A stretch of DNA of 64,000 bases from Octopus vulgaris (lineage: Eukaryota), in NCBI GenBank assembly GCA_951406725.2, contig OX597831.1:50096001-50160000 (forward strand), read 5' to 3'. Within the stretch, counting starts at the first letter, position 1. Each line of letters begins with the position of its first letter. This document shows positions 28,890-41,917 of this stretch, piece by piece. The notes below the pieces were generated by a model. That model ran no database searches. It was not told the DNA's origin and saw only the letters and a program-made list of their open reading frames with translations. The translations under genes and the position numbers were made by a program.

Positions 28890-29640
28890 AAGTAATACAT
28901 TCGATACGTACACACTCTTCCACACTTATCAGTTCTCTTCCTCCAGTTGCTCTCTTCACATATAGGCGATCAGTGTTTGCACGTGGATGATGGGCTCCAT
29001 GCATCGTTTGGACCTTTCTTGACATTCTCTACATCACATTTAGCTCCCCTGTCCACTTCGGGATTCCAGCGCCATACTGCTTGCGCGCGAGTTTATTACC
29101 GAAATTATGTTTCTGAGATTCAGCTTTGAAGCCAGTATTTTTCTCAACCGCCGCAGGTACTCTCTTTTTGTCTTTTCCTTTATGTCTTTGTGTTTAACTC
29201 CTTCTGCCTCAAGTATTCCCAGCTATTCATAGCTGGATTGAGGTTGAATTGCCTTCATCATCTCACCACTTAGCAAACGTTTGTTTTCTGTACTATTTCA
29301 CTCAAAGGGATCATTCCTAGCACAAAACTCAGCGGGGACACACTGTCCCACTGGAAGATTCTTCTCCTGATTATCAACTCACCTAATACTTGATTCCCTG
29401 CTGCCTATTCCGTTCTCCACCATTTCATGCTATTCCATATAAGGCTTCTCATATTTTCTGCTACTCCACGCATTTCTATTGTTCTTATTACCCAGGAATG
29501 TGGTATTCTATTATATCCTTTTCGATAGTCAACCCATGCCATACTCAGATTTGTGTGTCTTCTCTTGCAATTTCTTATAATTAGATTATCGATAAAGAGC
29601 TGATCCTTCAGCCGGGTCTTGTTTTTAAACCTACAGGGTA
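28890..29640 (-). mobile_element. R4/Dong-like RT fragment (second, older copy)
   Basis: KDQLFIDNLIIRNCKRRHTNLSMAWVDYRKGYNRIPHSW ... IRRRIFQ.D ... YLGILEAEG..KREYLRRLRKILASKLN. Confidence 0.85.
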
Positions 29641-30947
29641 TCGAAAATCCACCCTCCTCACCAAGCAAACTTAGAGGGGTTGCTGGTTTAGACGCAGACG
29701 ACTCAACGGTTGCACACTGTTGAAACAGTGGGCATTGGACATTGAATCAGTGGGTAGCTGATTGATTGGTTGTGGTGCTGATGAAAGATCAATGCCTCTT
29801 AAAATATGCATATTCACTCATCAACTGTTTTTTTTTTGTCTCGGATTGCTTTGTTTACATAGGGGTATTTGTCTACGAAACGATGTAACTCCCACTGAAG
29901 ACTGTGATTCTATAGAAAATCTATAGAGAAAAACTTAGGTGCAAAAATATCGCGTTGCTAACACAAGGCAAGGCACAATATTGACTCGAAAACATGTAAT
30001 ATACTTGATAGCATATAAAGGTTGCAAAACGCAATGGTTTGTCCTTGCCAGTAATTGACATATAGCCATGCATGCATTTTTTTGTATATACTAGTCTTTT
30101 TTGATTCGTGTAGATTTATTCATATTGAAATCGATTAAACTTCATTTTTTATGTTTGCAGTAAGCTAATAAATTCTTCACTAGGTTTCTAACGGAAGTGC
30201 ACGATCCTAAATCGTTTTTGCCAGAAGTAATTTGTAATTAAAAGCAATTATTTATTTCGTCAAGATAAATGTACTTGCTTTCACGCAAATTGAATCACCA
30301 AACCAACGCGAGTGCGTGTGTATGTGTGTGTGTGCGTCTGTGTCTGTGCGTGCGTGTGTGTATGTGACAATGGGGAGTTGAATGTGCGCGTGTTTATGTG
30401 TATGTGTGTATATATTTATACGCATAGACATGTATTTCCAAAGTATATTTCCAGGGCCCGTATGTATGTATGTGCGTGTGTGCGTGTGTGCTTATGAGAG
30501 TGTTTGTGTAGGTGTGTGCATCTCCATCCATTCTAACTAGCTACCATCTAATTCAGTAAAATCTACAAACCACTTAATATTCTAATGAAACCGCGCTAAT
30601 GAAATGTGATTGGTAGATCTACATCCATATAAGTATGAGACTCATGTAAAACTTAACATATTAAACTATATCTAATCTTATTCCTGTCAATGAAAAAAGT
30701 CTAGATAAATGCAACAATTCTGGCAACATCTACACACTGAAGAGTACAAACTACACTAAAAATTAACCAAACAGAAAACTTATAAACAATCACATATACA
30801 ATACAATAACAATAAGCTAATCTCCACAGATCTGGACTAACTCTCAGGTCCTCAGGCTGGAAAACATTATAATTTCGACACTATGCATAGGTTTTATAAT
30901 TTTTATCTAAGCTGATTCCATTGTCCAGTGTATAAAAATCGTAACAA

Positions 30948-31609
30948 ACTACTATGCTAAACACTCCAATGGTTTTCTGAGACGTGATTAGAAATAATAA
31001 TATTCCTTTCTACTATTCACATTGTGAATTACTAAAGGAACTATAACATTTTAAAAAGGAACTCTGCTGTAACGGAAAAAATGTAAAAATAACCTTCCTA
31101 ACGTAAAGATAGCATAATGAGAAAAATATATCTCGCTTGTGACTACCTAATTCAATGACAGAATAAGCAAATACGAGTCTTCACCAAACGCGTTTAATTT
31201 TCGGTGTATATTAAAAATGATAGAATGTGGGTGGAAAGAAAATTACCACACCAATCAAACAAACTCCATTCTCCAGAGTATAAAAGTCATAATACACTAC
31301 TAAGCTAAGCATTCCAATAATATATTAAAATCTGGTTAGAAATAATAATAACGTTTCTTTCTTCTATTCACATTGTAAAATGCTGAGCGAACAATAACAT
31401 TTATAATATGGATTCTGCTGAAACGGAAAGCGTAATAATAACTTTCCTATGAGTGGACCTAGAAAGAATAATGAGAAAATTATACTTCGCTTGTGACTTC
31501 CTATTTCAATAAAAACTGAAGCTAATGGAAGTACACACCGAATGTATGTAATTTTCGGTGTACATTAAAAATGATAGAGTGTGGGCGGAAAAAAATACTT
31601 CACCAATCA
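30948..31609. repeat. Two-copy degenerate direct tandem repeat, period about 345 bp
   Basis: 30948-31257 aligns with 31295-31609 (CTATTCACATTGT, TCGCTTGTGACT, AATTTTCGGTGTA.ATTAAAAATGATAGA). Confidence 0.85.
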
Positions 31610-31964
31610 TGCACATACAGCCAAGGAACATTCTAACTAATGAGAGACAATATAAAGGAAAACCTATCTCTAATACATCACAGTCCGACGATGATTTGCA
31701 GGCCGAAACTTAGAAGTCACTCTCAACAATAATCTTTTTTACGAATAATAAATGTGTACTCTTCAAACGTATAAAGTAACCTTTCAGATTAATGTAAAAT
31801 TGTTTTTTATTATAACAACACAAAAACAAACATGACTAAATAAGCAGTTATTTAGGAAATAAAAATAACCCCTCCGTACACAACCATCGCTTGCAACCAG
31901 TTAGGAATATCCCAGTGCCTCTTTAAAAATGCGCACGCACATCCATACACATATGTGTATCTGT

Positions 31965-32028
<64 letters not shown>

Positions 32029-32062
32029 CCAACTAATTAGAGAGAGAGTTAGCTTAGATCAG

Positions 32063-33397
32063 ATGCAGTTTGGGTTCGTGCCAGGGAAAAGTACTACTGA
32101 TGCTATATTCCTGGTAAGACAGCTGCAGGAGAAATACCTAGCCAAAGATAAGCCCTTGTACCTGACTTTTGTTGACATGGAGAAAGCCTTCGACAGGGTC
32201 CCCCGATCCCTTATCTGGTGGTCAATGAAGAAACTAGGGATAGATGAATGGTTAGTGAGAGCTGTGCGAGCCATGTACAGAGATGCTGCTAGTAAGGTGA
32301 GGGTTGGCAACGAGTACAGTGAAGAATTCCGGGTAGAGGTTGGGGTCCACCAAGGTTCAGTCCTCAGTACCCTCCTATTTATCATAGTCCTCCAGGCAAT
32401 AACGGAGGAATTCAAGACAGGATGCCCCTGGGAGCTCCTCTATGCTGATGACCTTGCTCTAATTGCTCAGTCACTATCAGAACTGGAGGAGAAGTTTCAG
32501 GTGTGGAAGCAAGGATTAGAATCGAAGGGCCTTAGAATCAACCTAGCCAAAACTAAAGTCCTAATAAGTAGGAAGGTAGACCAATCACAAACGACTTCAA
32601 GTAGATGGCCCTGCTCGATCCGTAAAAAAAGTGTAGGTAGAAACTCTATAAGGTGCACCAAGTGTAAGCTATGGACACATAAGAGGTGCAGCAATGTCAA
32701 AGAAAGGCTAACTAGGAAAATAGTTTTTGTCTGTGGCAGATGCTCAGGAGCAATAAACACTGGAAATGTGCAGAGACCAACTTCTACCACGTTCCAGGGA
32801 GACAAACTAGAAGTAGTTGATAGCTTCTGCTACCTAGGTGACCAACTCAGTAGCGGGGGTGGGTGTGCTGAAAGTGTAACTGCTAGAGTAAGAATAGCCT
32901 GGGCAAAGTTTAGAGATATCTTACCCCTGCTGGTGACAAAAGGCCTCTCGCTCAGAGTAAAAGGCAGACTGTATGATGCATGTGTACGTACAGCCATGCT
33001 ACATGGTAGTGAAACATGGGCCGTGACTGCTGAAGATATGCGTAAGCTCGCAAGAAATGAAGCCAGTATGCTCCGATGGATGTGTAATGTCAGTGTTCAT
33101 AATCGACAGAGTGTAAGTACCTTGAGAGAAAAGTTGGACCTAAGAAGCATTAGTTGTGGTGTGCTGCAAGAGAGACGTTTGCGCTGGTATGGTCATGTGA
33201 CGAGAATGGCTGATGATAGTTGTGTGCAAAAGTGCCACACCCTAGCAGTTGAGGGAACCTGTGGAAGAGGTAGACCCAGGAAAACCTGGGACGAGGTGGT
33301 GAAGCACGACCATCGAACTTTAGGTCTCACTGAGGAAATGACTAGAGACCGAGACCTATGGAAGTATGCTGTGAGTGAGAAGACCCGGCAAGACTAG
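32063..33397 (+). CDS. RTE reverse transcriptase (C-terminal 444 aa; the ATG is internal) with embedded PHD-like Cys/His finger
   Basis: QFGFVPGKSTTDAIF, FVDMEKAFDRVP, GVHQGSVLS.LLF, LLYADDL, FCYLG, HGSETW, RLRWYGHV.RM, GRGRPRKTW. Confidence 0.92.
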   Translation: MQFGFVPGKSTTDAIFLVRQLQEKYLAKDKPLYLTFVDMEKAFDRVPRSLIWWSMKKLGIDEWLVRAVRAMYRDAASKVRVGNEYSEEFRVEVGVHQGSVLSTLLFIIVLQAITEEFKTGCPWELLYADDLALIAQSLSELEEKFQVWKQGLESKGLRINLAKTKVLISRKVDQSQTTSSRWPCSIRKKSVGRNSIRCTKCKLWTHKRCSNVKERLTRKIVFVCGRCSGAINTGNVQRPTSTTFQGDKLEVVDSFCYLGDQLSSGGGCAESVTARVRIAWAKFRDILPLLVTKGLSLRVKGRLYDACVRTAMLHGSETWAVTAEDMRKLARNEASMLRWMCNVSVHNRQSVSTLREKLDLRSISCGVLQERRLRWYGHVTRMADDSCVQKCHTLAVEGTCGRGRPRKTWDEVVKHDHRTLGLTEEMTRDRDLWKYAVSEKTRQD

Positions 33398-33650
33398 TGA
33401 GACCATAACTCGTGGCCTCTACCTGGTATGTAGCCAATCGACTTATACATACCTTTCCTTCTTGGGACACAAAACTCCACTTGTGAAGACCCGTTGAGGC
33501 AAGTGAAAATCAAAATCAATATCAAAATCAAAATCAAAATCAAATCAAACCAAATCAAATCAGATATCAGAAAGCAGAACCAAAATCGAAGTCGATCAAC
33601 ATCAATGGAAATTGCGGCTGTGATACCAGTGCCGGTGACAAGTAAGCGAA

Positions 33651-33990
33651 CCATCCAATGTGGCCGTTGCCAGCGCCGCCCCGACTGGCCTCCGTGCCGG
33701 TGACACGTAAAAAGCACCATCCGTTCGTGGCCGTTTCCAGTCTCGCCTGGCCCCCGTGCCGGTGGCACGTAAAAAGCACCATCCGTTCGTGGCCGTTTCC
33801 AGTCTCGCCTGGCCCCCGTGCCGGTGGCACGTAAAAAGCACCATCCGTTCGTGGCCGTTGCCAGCGCCGCCCCGACTGGCCTCCGTGCCGGTGGCACGTA
33901 AAGGCACCATCCGTTCGTGGCCGTTGCCAGCCTCGCCTGGCCTCCGTGCCAGTGGTACGTAAAAGCACCATCCTTTCGTGGCCGTTTGCA
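33651..33990 (+). repeat. GC-rich 62-67 bp minisatellite (about 5.4 units) in the RTE 3' UTR
   Basis: Unit CCATCCGTTCGTGGCCGTT.CCAG...CGTGCCGGTGGCACGTAAAAAGCA, starting at about 33651, 33717, 33779, 33841, 33907 and 33968. Confidence 0.95.
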
Positions 33991-34219
33991 CCCACTACAC
34001 TCGCGGAGTGGTTGGCGTTAGGAAGGGCATCCAGCCGTAGAAACACTGCCAGATCAGACTGGGCCTGATGCAGCCTTCTGGCTTCACAGACCCCAGTTGA
34101 ACCGTCCAACCCATGCTAGCATGGAAAACGGACGCTAAATGATGATGATGATGATGATATATATATATATATTATATATATATATATATGTATGTTGTAT
34201 ATATATGTATATTATATAT

Positions 34220-34250
<31 letters not shown>

Positions 34251-34317
34251 GTACATTTATATATATATATGCTATATATATTATATATATATATATATGT
34301 ATATGTATATATATGTA

Positions 34318-34356
<39 letters not shown>

Positions 34357-35733
34357 ATTAATATATATATATATGCATATATATATATGTGTGTGTGTGT
34401 GTGTATGTATGGATGGATAGTTATATACATGCACAGGAAAGTTTGGTACAAGGAAGAGGAGAAATATCACTTAATATATGAGTATAAATTCTGATTGAAT
34501 ATTGTTAATGAGTTGAATGTTACAAAAGTGACTGAAGAACCGAACATTCAGCGTATGGATTTTATTAAACTAACTTCAAATCTAGGAATTTATTCCCCTT
34601 ATAGAATAAATCTTCTCCATACAGGAAACGAAACAAGCTCCCAGATTTGAAGTCATTCTGATAAATACCTTCACGAAACTTACTACACTTAACTCATTGA
34701 CTCACATTCGTAACTTCCTATGGATTAATGTTAAGTTAAAGTTACCTTCCCGCTGTTACGCCGACTCATAACGGTCGGTTTGCCGGTTTCCATGGCGTAT
34801 GTATTCCCCACCTGGACGGGACGCCGCTCTGTCGCAGGGTTACGCATTTTCCCCAACTTAGTGGACTGGAGCAACGTGAAATAAAGTGTTTTGCTAAAGA
34901 ACACAGCGCGTCGCCAAGTTCAGTAATCGAAACTACAATCTTACGATCACGAGTGTAACATCCTAACTACTGGGCCACGATCCTCCACTTGTCGATTAAT
35001 GATAATGGTTTCAAAAATTGGTACAAGGCTAGCAATTTTAAGGGAGAAGTAAGTTGATTACATCGTTTAGCAGGTACATATCTTATCGATCCCAATTGTC
35101 GAAAGGCAAAGTCGATCTTTGTGGAATTACAACTTAAAAAATAAAGGGGCGGAAGAAATTCTGCTGAGGATTTTATCCAACGCGGCAATGAATCTGTTAT
35201 CTTGCAGTCTTCCCACTGACAAATAATAATAGAAAAGCACATAGAGATACCTACGCATAGAAATGCATATACATATATATGCATATATGTTTGTGCGTGC
35301 ATTTATGTATGCAATTCAGTAAATACATACATACGTATATACATATGTATGTCTGTGTGCGTGTGTGTACGTACATACACACACACACACACACACACAC
35401 ATACACACACATACACACACACACACACATAACTATATGGAGGCGCAATGGCCCAGTGGTTAGGGCAGAAGACTCGCAGTCAGAGGATCGCGGTTTCGAT
35501 TCCCAGACCGAGCGTTGTGTGTGTTTATTGAGCGAAAACACCTAAAAAGCTCCACGAGGCTCCGGCAGGGGGTAGTGGCGATCCCTGTTGTACTACTTTG
35601 CCCCAACTTTCTCTCACTCTCTTTTCCTGTTTCTTGAGTAACGCCGCGATGGACTAGTGTCCCGCCACAGAAACCGGGAAACCGGGCCCATGTGCCAGGC
35701 TAAGCTTAAAAAGGTCACATAAATAAATAATAA

Positions 35734-35825
<92 letters not shown>

Positions 35826-36319
35826 ATCAATTCATAAAGGGGTGCATGAATCAAAGTGCTTTAGTCAAAGTGCTAAATCATTCAAGATACATCAGCCACA
35901 AATTCTCCTAACTAGTAAGCCTTAACACACAAGTAAGCTCACACACATACACACAAGCGCGCGTGCACACGCACACACTAACACTGACACTAACACTAAA
36001 CACATACTTTCTTACATACACATGCACATGTTAAAAACGTGATACGCCCACATATAATTATTACGCTATAATCTATAAATACGGGGGCGGAGAAATCCGA
36101 CAGATTAATTTTCAAGGATATGAGAAGTTCAATGGGGGTAAATAATTGTTAAGGTTACAGACTGAGACGAATGGTCTTTGATAAACCAATCGGGTGAATT
36201 ATCAAACAACAACTAATCACATAACTAATTATTAAATTAGCTAATTAGTGGACTGTTGCAACTAAGAATAATAATCCAGCTAGACAATTAAAGCGCGCTG
36301 TTGACCTACAAGTACAACA

Positions 36320-37675
36320 ATAACATGGTTTCCGACCAGGGAGAAGCTGTTTAACTCAGCTCCTACAACACTATGACTGGGTGCTGAAACGGCTGCTCAA
36401 CCACTCAAATGTGGAAGTGATATATCTCGACTTTGCAAAGGCCTTTGATAAAGTCGATCATGGAATGATGTCACAAACTGCGTGATCTCAACATAGTTGG
36501 AAAACTGGGAGAATGGCTTCATGACTTTCTGAAAGATAGAAGTCAGGTGGTAGTAGCCACCTTCCATTAACACGCAAATAGTGAGCGGTGTTCCGCAGGC
36601 CACTGTTCTGGGACCACTACTGTTCATAATGGCCCTCTCAGACATGCCCTCAGCCACGCAGAGAGCCACGATCACAAGTTATGCAGATGATACAAAAGTT
36701 TCACAGGCAATACAGAACCATGAGGACACTAAACGCCTGCAATGTGAGCTGGACAAAATATACAAGTGGGCTGAAAAGAATAGCATGCAGTTCAATGCTG
36801 AAAAGTTTCAAGCTTTATACTATCAGCATGCAAAACTGAATGCAATACCCAATGAATACACTGGACCCGGAGGAATAGCAATCCCAGAGGCACAATCAGT
36901 GCGTGACCTTGGTATTTACATGAGTGATGACGCAACCTTTCGTGTACATGTTGCTAAATTGGCAATGAAATGTAGACGACTGGCCGGATGGATTCTCAGA
37001 ACCTTTAGAACAAGAGAACAAGAAACCATGATGGTCCTCTGGAGGACACTTGTCCTAAGCCACTTTGACTACTGCTCTCAGTTATGGTCACCATCCAGTG
37101 TCAAGTTGATCACAGAGCTCGAGGCGATCCAGCGTAGCTACACAAAGAAGATAGCCTCTATGCAGAATGTAAGCTAATGGGAAAGACTCAAGAGATTAAA
37201 ACTATATTCCTTGGAGCGTAGGCGGGAAAGATATGCCATAATATACATCTGGAAGATCCTGGAGGGACGTGTCCCAAACTTTGGCATCGAGAGTTACACA
37301 AATGCCAGAACTGGGCCACTGCGTGGTGCCTAGGTCTCCAAATTTGCCATCAAGATGTAGGACAAGATACTGTGATAGCCTGGCCTTCCGAGGCCCACAG
37401 CTCTTCAATATCCTCCCGAAGAACCTGAGAGACCTGCATGGGGTGGATGCAGATGTCTTTAAAATGGAACTAGATCTCTTCCTGTCAGGTGTCCCAGATG
37501 AACCAACTTCACGGCAGGAGGTGCATATGAGGGCAGCTGCATCGAACTCTCTCATGCACCAAATGGCAGTTGCTAAAAAAGCTTTCGTGAAGTAAAACCA
37601 AGTAGCAACACCAAATGGCGGTGCCCCAGCATGGCCACAGCTCATGAGCTGAAACTAGAATCAATCAATCAATCA
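36320..37675 (+). mobile_element. CR1-group LINE 3' portion (RT pseudogene), (ATCA)n tail
   Basis: HGFRPGRSCLTQLL, IYLDFAKAFDKVDHG, SGVPQATVLGPLLF, SYADDTK, RDLGI, DYCSQLWSP, LEAIQRSYTK; contains frameshifts and stops. Confidence 0.9.
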
Positions 37676-37711
37676 TATATATATGTGTGTGTGTGTGTGT
37701 TTAACGATATG

Positions 37712-37783
<72 letters not shown>

Positions 37784-37852
37784 CATACATACATAAAATT
37801 TATGAATAAATGAAAGAATGGAGTTGAACGACAAATTAACAAATTTCCTTTA

Positions 37853-37935
37853 TTTTCGACATATGTTTCGAAGGCTGCATATTCCTAATTGTGAAGGAAT
37901 AAGGAGTACATTATGCCGCTTTCTCATCAGGAAAA
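37853..37935 (-). ncRNA. Type I hammerhead ribozyme, intact core, long stem II
   Basis: TTTTC-CTGATGA-[54-nt stem II GAAAGCGGCATA...TATGCAGCCTTC]-GAAA-CATATG-TC-GAAAA. Confidence 0.85.
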
Positions 37936-38025
37936 ACAAGCAATTTATGTCAACATCAAGATTCACAAAAACTTTTAGATGAGTGCTCTCACGGAGCGCA
38001 TAGCGATAATGAGTGTCTCTTTCAT

Positions 38026-40657
38026 ATGGAGTTGTTCGAAATTAACGCATCCCTTAAGGACATACCAATACCATCAAAAGAAACCTTCCTTAAGGAAATT
38101 GTCAACAAAACAAATGCATTCATCAACCGAATTAGATGGCTCACTTTCTTCCATGATAATGCGGATATAAAACAGAACTGTACCGAAACATCTTCCGAAT
38201 ATAAGAAGTTATACAAGTCAAGGGAAACCACTCCACCTAATCCCATACTGAAGAAATTTGAGGACGATCTTTGGGATATTGTAAGGGGCATTAAATTCCG
38301 TAAATCACCCCTTAGGAATAAACACCTAAAATACCTCAACGAAGTCACCAAAGATATAAACAAGTTAGACGCTATACTAGTCCAATCAGATAAAAGCAGG
38401 AATACATATAAGATAGCAAAAAAACAGTATTTACATATGCTCAAGAAAGAAATACAGAAGAATTACAAAACAATAAATAAGAATAAACTCAGACAAGCCA
38501 ACTTGGAAATTAAGAAAATCATGGAAACATATGGATTAGAAATAAAAACACAACCGCTGAACCCCAGACAACCAAGATTTATAGTGAAGGAACATAAACC
38601 AAATTTTCTCAGCAACCCGGCATTAAGGCTCATATGCCCCTCTAGTTCCGACATCGGTTCCATTAGTAAGTACATTTTAGATAAATACATACCTAAATTA
38701 ATCAATAAGTTAAAACTCAACTTATGGTCTAACTCCACTCAAGTCGTAGATTTGTTTTCTTCTATTTCTAATAAAAACAGCACAAAATTCATTCAATTCG
38801 ACATATCCAATTTCTACCCTTCGATTAACCCTAGTGTACTTAATAAGGCCCTATAGCACGCTCATAATAAGGCAGGACTCTCAAGGGGGAAATTAATATA
38901 ATTTTAGCGGCTAGAAAATCCTTCATAAAGTTCGATGATAAGTTATGGGTACGTAAGGATATCCCCAACGCGTTCGATGTACCAATGGGAAGCTCAGACA
39001 GCGCCCAGATAGCCGATTTGGTCGGAATCTATATTCTTTACGAGTTAGCCGACCAATTCCCGGACATCTGCGGCGGTCTCTATCGAGACGATTGTCTACT
39101 TTACCTACAGAATGCTCCGAACAGATTGATACAAAAGACTAAAAACAGATTAGCTAGATTTTTTAGCAGAATGGGCATGGCCATAGTTTTCAACGACGAG
39201 CTAACGAAAGCTAACTTCTTAGATGTTACCCTAAATCCGTAAAATAACTCTTATTTCCCTTACCACAAACCTTCTACTAACCTTAAATATGTCAGCATTT
39301 TCAGCAACCATGCCAAAAATATCACCGATAATTTAGTTAAAAATATATCTTTAAGACTATCAAATTTATCTGCGAATGTCGACATTTTTAAACAAAAAGC
39401 GGAATTTTATAATGCCGCCTTGTCAAAAGCCGGTTATAGGGATAAGGTATCATATATCGACCCGGCCCATTCTAAACTAAAATTTGCTTCTCAGGATAAG
39501 AAAACTTATAACAATAGTAGCAATGTAAATAGTGATTTTAGCTCTAACAACGTCGACACCAAGATACTTAACAAAAACAATTTATGGACCAGAGGAGGCA
39601 ATCGAAAACCAACACCAATTCTACAACACAGAAATACTCCCTTTAATGTAAATGTTAACACTCTGAGCCATTCTAAGTAAAAAAAAAACTATATCTGGTT
39701 TGTCATTCCTTTCGGGAAACAAATCAGGTCTAACCTCCCTTTACAGTTCCGTGAATCAGTAGCTAGGAATTTCCCAGGAATTCTAGGTATTATTCTTCCA
39801 TCAACTCGCATAAGGTAAGGATTGCATTCTCCAACACTAGCAATCTATCGCAGATAAATGCCTCCCATAATAATAAGCTGCTAAATAAGGACTCATCACC
39901 CGGGGATAGCGACACTACCCTTGCTAATTCCAACCTAACATACAATAATAATAGTAATAGAAAAAGTATCGATATTAGGAGCAGAATGTGCGTTAACGAC
40001 AGTAATATTGATAATAATATTAATCAGTTTATTAACAGTGGTGAAGTTAGTGATAATAGCAACAACAGTTCTAATAACAGTGGTATTATTGATGATAATA
40101 ATCCTAGCATCCCTATAGTCAGAGAAATTGCCGACGATATTACAATTATTAGTAATGATAATAATAGGAATAGTATCGTGACCAATGCTAGCAATAACAA
40201 TTACACCTATCATAACAATAAAAACTCCGTATTAGTCTCGGAGGTTAACCCCAACAGATTAAAGTTCTTATCCAAAAATTCTAAAATTAGAAACACAATT
40301 TACCAATGCAAAATTTCTTCGGGTACCGATGTCTTCTTTTACATAGGGGCAACTTCGTCTAAATTAGCCCGAAGGATCTCCAACCATTATTCAACTTTCC
40401 GAGATAAGAGAAAACAACACAGCACGGGATTAAGCAAACTAATTTAGCGTCTGAAAGACAGCAATTCAACCTTCAAGCTGGAATAGTCCATTTTGTCGGT
40501 ATCCGTTCCGTTTGATAAGGGCAGAAAAATGTGTGGGGTCTGTAATTCTGAATTTTTTCATATATTATTCGCCAAAGTACCTTTAATAAATTCAATCGTT
40601 GAGAGGTCCTACAGGTGTTTGCACCGGAGAAAACACACCTTTCACTCATATGAATAA
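38026..40657 (+). pseudogene. PLE RT-GIY-YIG polyprotein, disrupted by stops and frameshifts
   Basis: SLKDIPIPS..RIRW, DKSRNTY, RLICP, FIQFDISNFYPSI, FDVPMGSSD, GLYRDD, NFLDVTL, SNH, IYQCKI..YIGAT..R..NH, CGVC, CLH. Confidence 0.9.
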
Positions 40658-41248
40658 TGACTAATATAGATAACTCCCTTGAATTTTAATTAATATATTT
40701 CCATTTATATATTTCACCCCTTTAGTTTAAAAAAAAAATGTTTATGCTTTCAAAGACATACTACCCAATCCATTGAGGTTTGCTTTGCCTTTGTTCCAAT
40801 ACCTCGCCCTCCTTTTTTCTTTTTCTCTCTCTTTCCCTCGATCTATAGTAATCAAGCACACAGACACATATCTGCTACAACACCACTATCAGTTTTTTTT
40901 TTTACATCTACCCATCCACATACACATTCACGCACACACATACACACACATAGGTATTAATACAGTTATATTCATTCACTCACACAGACACTCATTCACA
41001 AAAGAATTTAACAAAACCCACCATACATACGACCTGTTCCAAATCACCTTACTTTTCTTAGGCCTCTCTCCCCCTACTTCGTTTGAACTCTTGAACCTTT
41101 ATAACCTTCTAGAATTTTCTACATTCAACCAGTTTGACGTCACTCTTTATAAAGGAATATTAAAGAGACACTCATTATCGCTATGCGCCCCGTGAGAGCA
41201 GTCATCTAAAAGTTTTTGTGAATCTTGATGTTGACATAAATTCCTTGT

Positions 41249-41331
41249 TTTTCTTGAGGAGAAAGCGGCATAAGGTACTCCTTATTCCTTCACAATTAGG
41301 AATATGCAGCCTTCGAAACATATGCCGAAAA
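41249..41331 (+). ncRNA. Hammerhead copy with mutated core
   Basis: TTTTC-TTGAGGA-...-GAAA-CATATG-CC-GAAAA (C3>U and U16.1>C). Confidence 0.7.
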
Positions 41332-41532
41332 TAAAGGAAATTTGTTAATTTGTCGTTCAACTCCATTCTTTCATTTATTCATAAATTTTATAAAAATACA
41401 CACAAATTTCCACACGAAAACACGTGGTCTGCCCTAGGCACGTAACTTCAACCGTGTTATTTCTGATGTGAATTTGCTACCCAGGTATCGCTTAAACGAA
41501 TCATCCATAAAAAGATAGTCCATTTTTCTACT

Positions 41533-41593
<61 letters not shown>

Positions 41594-41666
41594 CATACAT
41601 ACATACATATATATATATATGTATGTATGTATGTATATATATATATATGTATGTATGTATGTATAC

Positions 41667-41771
<105 letters not shown>

Positions 41772-41772
41772 C

Positions 41773-41917
<145 letters not shown>

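Larger units (their letters stand above)
32026..34157 (+). mobile_element. RTE-clade LINE, 5'-truncated, relatively young, (GAT)n tail, inserted in (TA)n
   Basis: Open RT ORF; 3' UTR with (ATCAAA)n and a minisatellite; ends GGACGCTAAATGATGATG; (TA)n on both sides. Confidence 0.93.
37793..41537 (+). mobile_element. Penelope-like element (Naiad-type), near full length, with inverted 5' pseudo-LTR, flanked by (TA)n
   Basis: RT plus C-terminal GIY-YIG. 37793-38027 is the reverse complement of 41157-41391, and both repeats carry an HHR motif. Confidence 0.9.

Noticed and set aside
33651-33990. CRISPR-like array
   Set aside because: Whole units repeat with no unique spacers, and the array lies in a eukaryotic LINE UTR with no cas genes.
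38026-40657. Selenocysteine recoding, as reported for some Naiad elements
   Set aside because: The in-frame stops I read are TAG/TAA (two at expected Trp positions, 40445 and 40484), not TGA at Cys positions, and frameshifts are present. This is ordinary decay.
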